Positions 1-10,110 of a DNA stretch of 32,000 nt are shown here, one piece after another; position 1 is the stretch's first letter; each line of letters begins with the position of its first letter. Location: NCBI RefSeq assembly GCF_000008665.1, contig NC_000917.1, forward strand, positions 30,001 through 62,000, given 5' to 3'. The notes under the pieces are model-generated. The model searched no databases. It was not told the DNA's origin and saw only the letters and a program-made list of their open reading frames with translations. The DNA is from Archaeoglobus fulgidus DSM 4304. Lineage in GTDB: Archaea > Halobacteriota > Archaeoglobi > Archaeoglobales > Archaeoglobaceae. The position numbers were made by a program, and so were the translations under genes.

Positions 1-2
1 AG

Positions 3-732
3 TACCTCGGAAAGCTTGGACTGACAAAAAAAAGAGTCTGAAATTTATGTCGCCCTCCTCAGCTCCGGGCCAAAGACGGGGATGGAGCTGTCCAAATTAA
101 CCGGTGACCCTGCACCCTTCGTCTACAGAGTTTTGAAGAGGCTTGAGGGTAAGAAAGTGGTTTTCAGGATATCTGAGAGCCCAATGATATTCAAAGCCTA
201 TCCTCTCGACATCGTTTTATCTTCTCTGATCCACGAGAGGGAGAAAGAGCTAAAAATGCTGTCATCGACCAAAGATACTATTATCAAGCTCTATGAAACC
301 AGCCTGATGAGAAATCAGGGTGAGAAGGGGCTCGACTTCATTGTGGTAAACGGCATCACGGACACAATAAATCTGATTGGGGACATGATAGACAGGGCGG
401 AGTGGGAGGTCAAGAACATGGTCGGAGTTGAGGGGGTTGAGAGAATTAAGTACTGGCATATCATCGAGTACGAAAGGGCGATTTCGAGAGGTGTTAGCGT
501 GAAGCTGATAACATCCATGGACTCCGCAAGCATACCCTCTGAAATAACCGAGATTGCCGAGGTGAAGTACTTGAAGATACCGATGAACGCCCGCTTCGTC
601 ATTTCTGACGATAAAGAAATACTGATTATCACAACAGATGAGGAAAGAGACATGGTATCGATATACTCAAAAAACAGAGGTCTTGTGAAGACTCTCAACG
701 AAATTTACGAGTACATCTGGGCATCAATCTGA
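3..732 (+). CDS. TrmB-like transcriptional regulator, 5' end frameshifted at an A8 tract and cut by the window edge; intact ORF from 82
   Basis: Residues after the shift read ESEIYVALLSSGPKTGMELSKLTG..FVYRVLKRLEGKKVV, typical TrmB winged-helix; frame 3 upstream reads YLGKLGLTKK. The C-terminal part resembles a TrmB/PLD-like effector domain. Confidence 0.8.
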
Positions 733-811
733 TTTTTCATAACTTCTCAGGGACTCTGCCGGGAATTCACAAAATTTATTAGGATAAATGTACACTACTT
801 GTGGTGAGAGC

Positions 812-2209
<1,398 letters not shown>

Positions 2210-2237
2210 TTAAGGCAGATGCAGAACTTAAAAAAGT

Positions 2238-2582
2238 TTAGCATGTCAGATGAGCTGCGAGAACAACTCTCCTACCGGCTTTGAGCAGTTTGTTGTAGCG
2301 CTTTACGGCTTCATCAGTTCTCTCCACTATAACCTCCGCTCCCAGATTTCTCAGCTTCTCTATCACCGCATCATCCACCACAACCCTCCCGCTGGCTCCC
2401 GTGCCGAAGACTACAACCTCCGGCCTGAGGTCAAAGACCTCTTCAATGTCTTCCAGAAAAACTCTGTGCCCCTCCTTTCTCCACCAGTTCGGCTTGAGAA
2501 AATCCGGCCCAACAATGACGTCGGAAGTGTAATCCCTGCCACCAATTCTGATACGGCCAAAGGAGTAGTGTTCAACCTCCAT
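2238..2582 (-). CDS. Mth938/DUF498-domain protein
   Basis: MEVEHYSFGRIRIGGRDYTSDVIV...LRPEVVVFGTGASGRVVVDDAVIEKLRNLGAEVIVERTDEAVKRYNKL matches the Mth938 fold pattern. Confidence 0.75.
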   Translation of the reverse strand: MEVEHYSFGRIRIGGRDYTSDVIVGPDFLKPNWWRKEGHRVFLEDIEEVFDLRPEVVVFGTGASGRVVVDDAVIEKLRNLGAEVIVERTDEAVKRYNKLLKAGRRVVLAAHLTC

Positions 2583-2584
2583 GA

Positions 2585-3073
2585 GATAAGGTTTTCCGTT
2601 ACGGAATTTCTTCCTTACTCCTGATCTTTGCTGTCTGTTATACTGTTATTTTCGATGACGGAAGAGTAACATCCTACGATGCTCTGCAGATTCTCCAGTT
2701 TGCTGTTGGCGTCAAAGATCCACTTTTTGTTCAGATATACGCTGTTGTTCACGAGCTCAAAGTCGGAGATGTTCTCAAGGATGAAAGACTGAACTGGTAT
2801 ATACTGAAGGAGAGCGGAGAAACGCTAAGGGTTGGAGTTGAAATTGCCGACGGGAAAGTTAAGGATATTCGCAAAGGTGAGCTGATCAATCCATCAATGA
2901 ACGTTTATTCAGACGAGGGCACAGTGAGAGATTTGCTAAGCAAAAAGGACCCGAAGCTCCTGAAAGAATATATAGACAGTGGAAAAATCAGGATCGAAGG
3001 GGTGGGCATAGGCAACCAGATAAAAATAGCTCTTGCCAAGATTTTCGGAATTTTATCCGATTTCTATTTTTAA
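2585..3073 (+). CDS. Open frame encoding a hypothetical protein with a dockerin-like EF-hand segment; no canonical start found (not in ORF track)
   Basis: Continuous frame from after the TGA at 2582 to TAA 3071-3073: ...YTVIFDDGRVTSYDALQILQFAVGVKDPLFVQIYAVVHELKVGDVLKDERLNWYILKESGETLRVGVEIADGKVKDIRKGELINPSMNVYSDEGTVRDLLSKKDPKLLKEYIDSGKIRIEGVGIGNQIKIALAKIFGILSDFYF. Confidence 0.55.
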   Translation, partial: DKVFRYGISSLLLIFAVCYTVIFDDGRVTSYDALQILQFAVGVKDPLFVQIYAVVHELKVGDVLKDERLNWYILKESGETLRVGVEIADGKVKDIRKGELINPSMNVYSDEGTVRDLLSKKDPKLLKEYIDSGKIRIEGVGIGNQIKIALAKIFGILSDFYF

Positions 3074-3080
3074 GTTCACC

Positions 3081-3090
3081 AATATATAAA
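3081..3090 (+). promoter_or_regulatory. Putative archaeal TATA box upstream of the Trm10-like gene
   Basis: aatatataaa lies ~47 nt upstream of ATG 3137, in the intergenic region. Confidence 0.5.
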
Positions 3091-3136
3091 AGCCTTAAAA
3101 CGTTAAAGTTTACAAGTCCGCCAAGTACGTAAAGCA

Positions 3137-4156
3137 ATGCGCCTCAAGGATGTCTTCGTATCAGAGCTAGCAAGAAGAGGGGTCAGCAGAGTTGGGACGA
3201 GGCTCAAGAAGGTAATGTCTTCACCCGACCCCATCGCCAGAATGGCTCTCTACGTGGCTAACGGCAAGGCGGATGTTTGCAAAAGCGACGGTGGGCTGCA
3301 GCACTCCTTTACGCTCGATGGACAGTTCGTTGATTTGCCTCCGAACGCATACGTCGGGAAATGCCGCTCTGATATTTTGCTGACGAGGGATGAGCTTACG
3401 AAGCACCCCTTTCCCTACGTGGTGGTGGACTGCAGGTTTTTTGATGAGCACTCTGAAAAGGAAAGGTGGAAGATAGAGCTACAGGTGAAGCAGACTCTCG
3501 GCATTGTCAGGGAATACATGTGGGATGAGAAGCTGGTAGTGACCTACCGGAACGTTGGGTTTGGGAAATATTATCCCTCAACCGAGGAGTTTCTGAGGGA
3601 GAAGGGGATTGAGAGGGTCGTGCTGCTTGATCCAAACGGGGATGAGCTTTACAGAAGGACGGGGGCGGAGTGCTTCATTATCGGAGGGATAGTGGACAAG
3701 TCGGGGACGAAGAGGGGGTACACGAGCAGAATTGGGAGGGCGCTTGAGAGGGAGGGCGTGGAGGTTGATTACCGCAGAATTGAGCTCAGGGGGGATACCG
3801 TTGGCGTGCCTGACAGAATAAACCACATAGCGGAGATTCTGCTGAGGGTTGAACTGGATGGAGAGGACGTGGAAAGTGCGATAAAAGCTGTGCAGCCACC
3901 GCTCGTGGCGAAGTGGAGGCTTAGAAAAGAGCTGCACGAGAAGACGGTCAGGGTGTGTGTGGGAGAAAGGGTGGTCAGGGTTGTTGAAAAAGGCGCCTTC
4001 GATGAGTTCAGGGAGTGGCTCAACATAACCATGAGGGACTTTTACGATGTCTGCAGGGAGCAGAAGTTCTTTGTCGTGTCGGAGAAGGTTATGGGCAGGA
4101 TAAAGGCTTCGGAGTGGGATGAAAGAAGGAGGTGTTTCAGGCTAAACCATAACTAA
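3137..4156 (+). CDS. Trm10-like SPOUT tRNA (purine-9 N1) methyltransferase
   Basis: PFPYVVVDCRFFDEHSEKERWKIELQVKQTLGIVREYMWDEKLVVTYRNVG and ECFIIGGIVDKSGTKRGYTSRIGRALEREGVEVDYRRIELRG...VGVPDRINHIAEILLRV resemble archaeal/eukaryal Trm10. Confidence 0.75.
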   Translation: MRLKDVFVSELARRGVSRVGTRLKKVMSSPDPIARMALYVANGKADVCKSDGGLQHSFTLDGQFVDLPPNAYVGKCRSDILLTRDELTKHPFPYVVVDCRFFDEHSEKERWKIELQVKQTLGIVREYMWDEKLVVTYRNVGFGKYYPSTEEFLREKGIERVVLLDPNGDELYRRTGAECFIIGGIVDKSGTKRGYTSRIGRALEREGVEVDYRRIELRGDTVGVPDRINHIAEILLRVELDGEDVESAIKAVQPPLVAKWRLRKELHEKTVRVCVGERVVRVVEKGAFDEFREWLNITMRDFYDVCREQKFFVVSEKVMGRIKASEWDERRRCFRLNHN

Positions 4157-4695
4157 GAGAGACCGAGCTCATCCTTTACCTCCGTCAGCCCCCTTATTGC
4201 GACTTCGTACAGCTTTTCCAGTGGCATTCCGAGCTTTTCTATCATTCTGATTCTGTCCCTGTCGCATCCAGCAGCAAAGCTCTTCTCCTTGAACTTCTTC
4301 TTGACCGTTTTTGGCGTCACCTCTGTTATCTTTCCGCCCTTCACCAGAGCGCATGCTATAACCAAACCGGATACGCTGTCCGCTGCCTGCAGGGCTATCT
4401 CCACGGGCTTCTCGTAATCGCCAAAGAGCATGTGGTTGTGCCTTTTAACCACTTCAGCAATCTCCTCTTCCACACCTTCCTTCAGCAGAATCTCAGCCCC
4501 AACCAAACCGTGCTTCTCCATATCCCCCTGAGTCTGCTCGTAGTCGATGTCGTGGAGAATGCCGATTGTCCACCATTTCTCCTCATCCTCTCCAAGCTCC
4601 CTCGCAAGGGATTTCATGACCGCCGCCGTTGCGATGCAGTGCTTGATCAGCTTTTCATCCCTAACATACTTTTTTAGAAGTTCGAGGGGTTCCAT
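4153..4695 (-). CDS. HD-domain putative metal-dependent phosphohydrolase
   Basis: MEPLELLKKYVRDEKLIKHCIATAAVMKSLARELGEDEEKWWTIGILHDIDYEQTQGDMEKHGLVGAEIL; HD dyad in ILHDIDYE. Internal start at 4695 is preferred over 4878. Confidence 0.85.
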   Translation of the reverse strand: MEPLELLKKYVRDEKLIKHCIATAAVMKSLARELGEDEEKWWTIGILHDIDYEQTQGDMEKHGLVGAEILLKEGVEEEIAEVVKRHNHMLFGDYEKPVEIALQAADSVSGLVIACALVKGGKITEVTPKTVKKKFKEKSFAAGCDRDRIRMIEKLGMPLEKLYEVAIRGLTEVKDELGLS

Positions 4696-4926
4696 GCTTG
4701 TGATTTGAGGGTTGACTTTTTTGCTTTTTCCCCACTTTCGGGTGTTTGATGGATTAACCCAAATCAACGTTTGTCCCAGAAGTATTTTCGCGAATCGGTT
4801 ACAACTGAATTGCACCAAACATTGGCTATCATTCAAACGAGTTGAAACTAAACTCATCAATGCTATCAAAAAAGGCAAATCTTAAATAAAATCATGCTAA
4901 AAATGAAAAATAATGGAGGTGGTTGC

Positions 4927-6297
4927 TTGGCTTACATAAGCGATTGCAGCGTTTATCTGCCGGTATGGAAGCTCAAAAGGGATGAGATATCGAAGGAGAC
5001 GGGAATGCCCTCGATGGGGGGTGAAAGGGCGGTAGCGCACTGGGACGAGGATAGCATAACAATGGCGGTTGAAGCGGCAAGGAAGTTTGATGGGGCGTTT
5101 GATGCAGTCATATTCGCCTCCTCCTCTCCACCATTCAGAATCAAGCAGTGTGCGAGCTTCATCGCCTCAGCCCTCGATTTGCCCGATAGCACCTTCACGA
5201 TGGACATAACTGACACAATGAGGGCTGCAACCGATGCTCTTATCACAGCCAACGAGTTTGTTGATTCCGGAAGGTTCAGCAGAGTTCTGGTTGTTGCTGG
5301 CGATAAAATTCCTACAAAGCCCGGCACACTCTACGAGCAGCTTTACGGAGATGCTGCTGCAGCGGTTGTGGTTGAGAAGGAGGGCGGGGCGAAAATTCTG
5401 GGCTACAGCACCTCAACCAAACCCCTTCCAGGTTCGTGGATGCTTGCAGATGACGATACAGTCAGGGACTACGACATGAGGGTTGATGCGAGGTATGGCT
5501 ATGCAGCGAGCGTTCAGAAGGCTGCGATGCCCCTCTTTGCCAAACTTGGGTTAAGTCCAGCGGACATTGACAGGATTGTGGCTTCTGCTCCTGACCCAAA
5601 AAGCTATCAGGGATTGCTGAAGGCAGTTGGGGCAAGGCCTGAGGAATTCTACTTCGACAGCGTTGGAATTGCCGGCTCAGCTCACCCCTTACTTCTGCTG
5701 GCCACACAGCTTGAGAGGGAGGGAAGAATTCTGCTTGGGGGCTACGGAGAGGGAGCTGATGTCATAGCTGTAGAGATTGAGCAGGCGATGGACAGCAACA
5801 TGGGCAGGATGCTTGAAAGCAGGAAGGAAATCAGCTATGGAGATTATCTCTTCAACAGGGGGTTTGTTGGTGTAAGAGATGCTCCTGACCGCCCCTCGCT
5901 GACGAAGTTCTGGAGGGATGAGAAGTCCATTATCCGCTTTTACGGGATGAAGTGCAAAAGTTGCGGGACAGTTAGCTACCCCATCTCAAGATGCTGCATC
6001 GAGTGCGGGGCGAAGGATAACTATGAAGAAGTGAGGCTTGGAGAGAGGGGCAAAATCTACACCTTCACCATCGACTATCTCGTCATGCCCGGCAACTATG
6101 CGGGAGATGGAGTGCACCCCCACTTCATTGCGGTGGTTGACCTCGACGGAGGGGGGAGAGTGCTGTTTGAGCTCACCGACACGCTGAGGGATTTCAGCGG
6201 TGTTGAATGTGATGCAGAGGTGGAGAGAACCTTCAGACTGCTGTTTGAGAAGAACAGGTTCAGATACTACGGCTGGAAGGCCCGCCTGCCGAGGTGA
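4927..6297 (+). CDS. HMG-CoA synthase-like (thiolase-fold) protein with C-terminal DUF35 Zn-ribbon/OB-fold domain
   Basis: Thiolase-fold N-terminus (LAYISDCSVYLPVWKLKRDEI..., VIFASSSPPFRIKQCASFIASAL, YGDAAAAVVVEKEGGAKILGY) followed by GMKCKSCGTVSYPISRCCIECGAKDNYEEVRLGERGKIYTFTIDY. TTG 4927 sits 5-6 nt after GGAGGTG (4915-4921), better placed than ATG 4894. Confidence 0.85.
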   Translation: MAYISDCSVYLPVWKLKRDEISKETGMPSMGGERAVAHWDEDSITMAVEAARKFDGAFDAVIFASSSPPFRIKQCASFIASALDLPDSTFTMDITDTMRAATDALITANEFVDSGRFSRVLVVAGDKIPTKPGTLYEQLYGDAAAAVVVEKEGGAKILGYSTSTKPLPGSWMLADDDTVRDYDMRVDARYGYAASVQKAAMPLFAKLGLSPADIDRIVASAPDPKSYQGLLKAVGARPEEFYFDSVGIAGSAHPLLLLATQLEREGRILLGGYGEGADVIAVEIEQAMDSNMGRMLESRKEISYGDYLFNRGFVGVRDAPDRPSLTKFWRDEKSIIRFYGMKCKSCGTVSYPISRCCIECGAKDNYEEVRLGERGKIYTFTIDYLVMPGNYAGDGVHPHFIAVVDLDGGGRVLFELTDTLRDFSGVECDAEVERTFRLLFEKNRFRYYGWKARLPR

Positions 6298-6301
6298 TAT
6301 C

Positions 6302-7453
6302 ATGAGAGAGGTTGCGGTTATAGGTTGTGGTGTTACGAAGTTCGGGCACCACTGGGAGAAAGACCACGAGGATTTGCTGGTTGAGGCAACGTATGAGGCT
6401 ATAGCAGATGCAAATGTCGAGCTTAAGGATGTTGAGGCTGTTTGGTGCGGAACCTTCTACCCCTCAACCGGAATAAGCGGAAACGTCTTCAGCGACACGC
6501 TGAAGTTCTTCGGCAAGCCGATAAGCAGAGTTGAGAACTACTGCGCAACGGGAATGGACAACATCAGAAATGCCGCCTTTGCCGTTGCGAGCGGGGCTTA
6601 CGATTTGGTTATTGCTGCTGGGGTTGAGAAGCTGATGGATGCTGGAAGCAGGGGACTGCCGCCAATAGAGGGAATTTTCAGCGTTGCGATGCCCTACGTC
6701 AGCGCTCCGGCAATGTTCGCAATGGCGGCAAACAGGGCCTTCAAGGAGTGGGGATGGACAAGGGAAGATCTGGCAATGGTTGCGGTGAAGAACCACTACA
6801 ATGGAGCGAGGCATCCCAAGGCACACTTCAGAAGCGAGGTAACAGTGGAGAAGGTTCTGAAAGCCCCTATGGTTGCTTACCCGCTTGGCGTTTACGACTG
6901 CAGCGCTGTGAGCGATGGTGCTGCTGCCGTTGTCCTCACAAGGCCTGAGATAGCGAAGGAGATTGTTGGGGATGACTATGCTGTTATAAAGGCTGTGGGA
7001 ATGGCTGTGGAGACGATGCACCCTTGGCACCGCCCTTCGGAGAGCTTCCTGAGTTTTCCAGCGACGGTTAAGGCTGCGAAGATGGCTTACAAGATGGCGG
7101 GAATTGAGAATCCGAGAAAGGAGCTTGACTTCGGCATTGTCCACGACTGCTTCACAATAACGGAGCTAATCAACTATCAGGACATGCAGCTATGCAAGCC
7201 CGGAGAGGGGGCTGAGCTGATAAGAAACGGCGTTACGGCGATTGATGGCGACTTCCCCATCAACCCCGATGGGGGGCTCAAGTCCTTCGGCCACCCAATA
7301 GCTGCCAGCGGGGTGAGGATGGTTGCAGAGCTGACAAAGCAGGTTCTCGGCAAGGCTGAGGGGCTGCAGGTGAAGGATGCTGAGGCAGGCTTCGCCCACA
7401 ACCTCGGAGGGCCTTACTCAGTTGCCACCGTAGCGATAGTTTCGAGGCCCTAA
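6302..7453 (+). CDS. Thiolase / acetyl-CoA C-acyltransferase-like (SCP2-type)
   Basis: MREVAVIGCGVTKFGHHWEKD; nucleophile context RVENYCATGMDNIRNAAFAVASGAYDLVIAAGVEKL; HDCFTITELINY; GGLKSFGHPIAASG. Confidence 0.9.
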   Translation: MREVAVIGCGVTKFGHHWEKDHEDLLVEATYEAIADANVELKDVEAVWCGTFYPSTGISGNVFSDTLKFFGKPISRVENYCATGMDNIRNAAFAVASGAYDLVIAAGVEKLMDAGSRGLPPIEGIFSVAMPYVSAPAMFAMAANRAFKEWGWTREDLAMVAVKNHYNGARHPKAHFRSEVTVEKVLKAPMVAYPLGVYDCSAVSDGAAAVVLTRPEIAKEIVGDDYAVIKAVGMAVETMHPWHRPSESFLSFPATVKAAKMAYKMAGIENPRKELDFGIVHDCFTITELINYQDMQLCKPGEGAELIRNGVTAIDGDFPINPDGGLKSFGHPIAASGVRMVAELTKQVLGKAEGLQVKDAEAGFAHNLGGPYSVATVAIVSRP

Positions 7454-8349
7454 ACCTTAAGGTATATTCTTACAATTTTTCCCCTTTCGCTTTCAACTGT
7501 AAAGGAGTCCGTTGAGGCTGGGACAAGGCAGGAGTAGCCGCGATGCAGGTCTGCAGTCTCCTTTCCCCTCAGGATGAAGTAGCCTTCAGCAGCATAAAGA
7601 ATGTTCATCACGCCCCCAGTCTTAATCTCCGCCGTACCTGTAACATCTACAACCTCCAGCCCGAAGTTCTCCGTCTCAGCCATCCCCTTCTTTCCCTTAA
7701 CCTCAAATTCCTCAACCTTTTTGGTGTTCAGAACCTTCTTGACCTTCTCCCAGTCGTTTTCGTTGAAAAAGTACGCAAGGGTGGAGTTTGATGAAACCTC
7801 AAGAACCCTCAGCCCCTCTCCAGCGTGGGGAATGCCGGGGCGGATGACGAAGGTGTCGTATGGTGTGGTTTCGAAGGTGTTCAGGAGCGTTTTGAAGTCA
7901 AAGTCCTCCTCTTTCAGCTTCTCCTCAAGCTCCTCAATTTTTACATCTTCCTTGAAGCCGGCGTAAGCTTTTCCCTTGTTGAAGACGAGCCATGCGGACT
8001 CTACTCCACCCTCCGCCTCTCCGAGACTCTCGGCTGCCTTGTCGGAGGGGTGAACGTGAACCTGAGTTGGGGAGGCAGCATCAATCAGCCTGACGAGGAT
8101 GGGGAACTTGCTGAACTTCTCAGCAGCCCTCCCCAGCAACTCATCCCTGTGTTTTGAGAAGAGCTCGATCATGCTCAGCTGCTGCCCCTTAACCAGAACC
8201 GTGGAGGGACGGGAAGTGTGGGCTGAAAACTCCCAAGATTCTCCAATGCCGCTCTGTCTGAAACCCTTAAGCAGCGCAATCCACTCCCCTCCCCACGGCC
8301 TCTCAACCAGATTCTCCTGAGCCTGAAAGATAAAACTCGGAAGCTCCAT
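7450..8349 (-). CDS. manA: Mannose-6-phosphate isomerase, class I
   Basis: FIFQAQENLVERPWGGEWIALLKG...GESWEFSAHTSRPS...PILVRLIDAASPTQVHVHPSDKAA...FVIRPGIPHAGEGLRVLEVSSNSTLAYFF. Confidence 0.9.
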   Translation of the reverse strand: MELPSFIFQAQENLVERPWGGEWIALLKGFRQSGIGESWEFSAHTSRPSTVLVKGQQLSMIELFSKHRDELLGRAAEKFSKFPILVRLIDAASPTQVHVHPSDKAAESLGEAEGGVESAWLVFNKGKAYAGFKEDVKIEELEEKLKEEDFDFKTLLNTFETTPYDTFVIRPGIPHAGEGLRVLEVSSNSTLAYFFNENDWEKVKKVLNTKKVEEFEVKGKKGMAETENFGLEVVDVTGTAEIKTGGVMNILYAAEGYFILRGKETADLHRGYSCLVPASTDSFTVESERGKIVRIYLKV

Positions 8350-8738
8350 GAAGTCAGTTGTTAAAGGAATATATAAAACTTGTGGGATAAATACGCGTTC
8401 TCTCTCGGCCTTCTGTGAAAACAGGAGATTACCAGTGGGAATTTAGAAAAGAGAGTTGCTGAGATGATTAAAGTCCAAAGGGGGTATTGTTAACTCAAAA
8501 TCGGTGAGAGCAATCGTTCTTGGTATTGGCTAATATTTTGTCTTTCGATCCAGAATTTCCTCGATAAAAATTTCAAAAGAGAAAAATATTTTTCACTTCT
8601 GTTTCATCAAAATGACGTGAACTGACAAATCAGCATGCTTTATTTCTGTAAATTTTTATCTCACATCATTATTACCACAATAAGTATAACAACCATATGA
8701 TATAACACGATCGAAGATGCGAAGAGGGCTGAGAGGTT

Positions 8739-9389
8739 ATGGACTTCGATGAGAAAAGGAGGATCCTTGCAGAAAGGCTGAGGGACGAGCTAAACCTGAG
8801 CGAAAAAGTTTACAACGCAATAAAAAAAGTTCCGAGGCATCTCTTCGTTCCAGAACGCTATAGAACTATGGCTTACGTCGATACACCTTTGCCAATAGGC
8901 TATGGGCAGACGATAAGCGCTCCACACATGGTTGCGATCATGTGCGAACTCCTAGATCTGAGAGAAGGGGAAAGAGTTCTCGAAATTGGAACGGGTTGCG
9001 GTTATCATGCTGCTGTTACAGCTGAGATCGTTGGAAAAAGAGGACTCGTAGTTTCCGTGGAGAGAATTCCGGAGCTAGCGGAGATTGCGAAGAGGAATTT
9101 ATCCGCTCTTGGCTACGAGAACGTAGTAGTTATCGTTGGCGATGGCAGCCTGGGCTATGAACCGATGGCGCCATACGATAAGATATACGTCACAGCATCA
9201 GCGCCAGACATTCCGAAGCCGCTTTTAGAACAGCTCAAAATTGGTGGAAAAATGGTTATTCCAATCGGAGAAACTACTCAGTTTCTCTACGTTGTTGAAA
9301 GGGACAACGGGGTTCGAAAATGGAGCTGGGGGGCTGTTAGGTTCGTCCCGCTTTACGGAAAGTATGGCTTTAGACCTCTTGAGGAGTAG
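8739..9389 (+). CDS. pcm: Protein-L-isoaspartate O-methyltransferase
   Basis: [69 protein letters not shown], canonical PCMT motifs. Confidence 0.95.
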   Translation: MDFDEKRRILAERLRDELNLSEKVYNAIKKVPRHLFVPERYRTMAYVDTPLPIGYGQTISAPHMVAIMCELLDLREGERVLEIGTGCGYHAAVTAEIVGKRGLVVSVERIPELAEIAKRNLSALGYENVVVIVGDGSLGYEPMAPYDKIYVTASAPDIPKPLLEQLKIGGKMVIPIGETTQFLYVVERDNGVRKWSWGAVRFVPLYGKYGFRPLEE

Positions 9390-10041
9390 TCTCGGGTTCC
9401 TGACGACGCTGCCAGTAAAAGGAGACGTAGACGTGCTCAGAAGGAACCTCTGGGTTTTTTCCTTCGTCGGGATTTTTATCGGATCTGTCATATCGATTCC
9501 GGCAGTTCTTGGTTTCTGGTTCCTCTGCGTTCTCCTCTACGTTGCGATCGAGGGTGTCAACCACATCGACGGACTCGCAGACTTTGGAGACGCGTTCTTC
9601 GCTCCAGAGGAAAGGAAGAAGGTTGCGATAAAGGACTTGAACCTCGGAACAGGCGGGGCTGTTTTCCTGTGCGTCTATTTTCTGATCCTCTTTTACTCCT
9701 TCCAGCGAGTCAGCGCTTTCTACATAATCTTCTCACAAGTTCTCGCGAAGTTCTCGATGCTCCTCTTGCTCACAACCTCGAAACCAGCTTGGCAGGGTAT
9801 GACGGGGTTCATGATGGAGTTCGCGAGGAAGAGAGATGTAGTCATCGGATCTCTGCCCTTGCTATTGGTCGTCCTTAAGCCTTTGGCAGTTTTTCCGCTT
9901 CTCTTCGCGATAACGATTTCACTGCTCGTGAAGAGATACGCGGAAGAGAAATTCGGCGGTGTGAGCGGCGACGTCGTTGGTGCGAGCAACTGCTTAGTTT
10001 TTGCTGGTTCTTTGCTCGTCTGCTACTTTCTGGCTGATTGA
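9364..10041 (+). CDS. cobS: Adenosylcobinamide-GDP ribazoletransferase (cobalamin synthase)
   Basis: [13 protein letters not shown]...[34 protein letters not shown]...[10 protein letters not shown]; polytopic. ATG 9364 overlaps the end of pcm. Confidence 0.9.
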   Translation: MALDLLRSSLGFLTTLPVKGDVDVLRRNLWVFSFVGIFIGSVISIPAVLGFWFLCVLLYVAIEGVNHIDGLADFGDAFFAPEERKKVAIKDLNLGTGGAVFLCVYFLILFYSFQRVSAFYIIFSQVLAKFSMLLLLTTSKPAWQGMTGFMMEFARKRDVVIGSLPLLLVVLKPLAVFPLLFAITISLLVKRYAEEKFGGVSGDVVGASNCLVFAGSLLVCYFLAD

Positions 10042-10110
10042 TACTCGTTTCTGGGATTTAAAGTGCTTCCGAAGCAAAAGTTTTATTCATGAAACTCGAA
10101 GTCTCCGAAA

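Noticed and set aside
4850-4870. gttgaaactaaactc resembling the GTTGAAA start of archaeal CRISPR repeats
   Set aside because: Single occurrence with no spaced repetition in the window; no cas genes present.
4696-4926. Possible transposase/TnpB-like or other remnant (minus-strand extension MPFLIALMSLV...IWVNPSNTRKWGKSKK)
   Set aside because: WVNPSNT is only a superficial likeness to TnpB-type motifs; too short and without catalytic residues or ends, so it is treated as upstream non-coding DNA.
8350-8738. Candidate tRNA or small RNA in the long intergenic region at the island's left edge
   Set aside because: No tRNA-like arms or TTCRA-type loop found on reading both strands; the region is AT-rich with many stops and no ORF of use.
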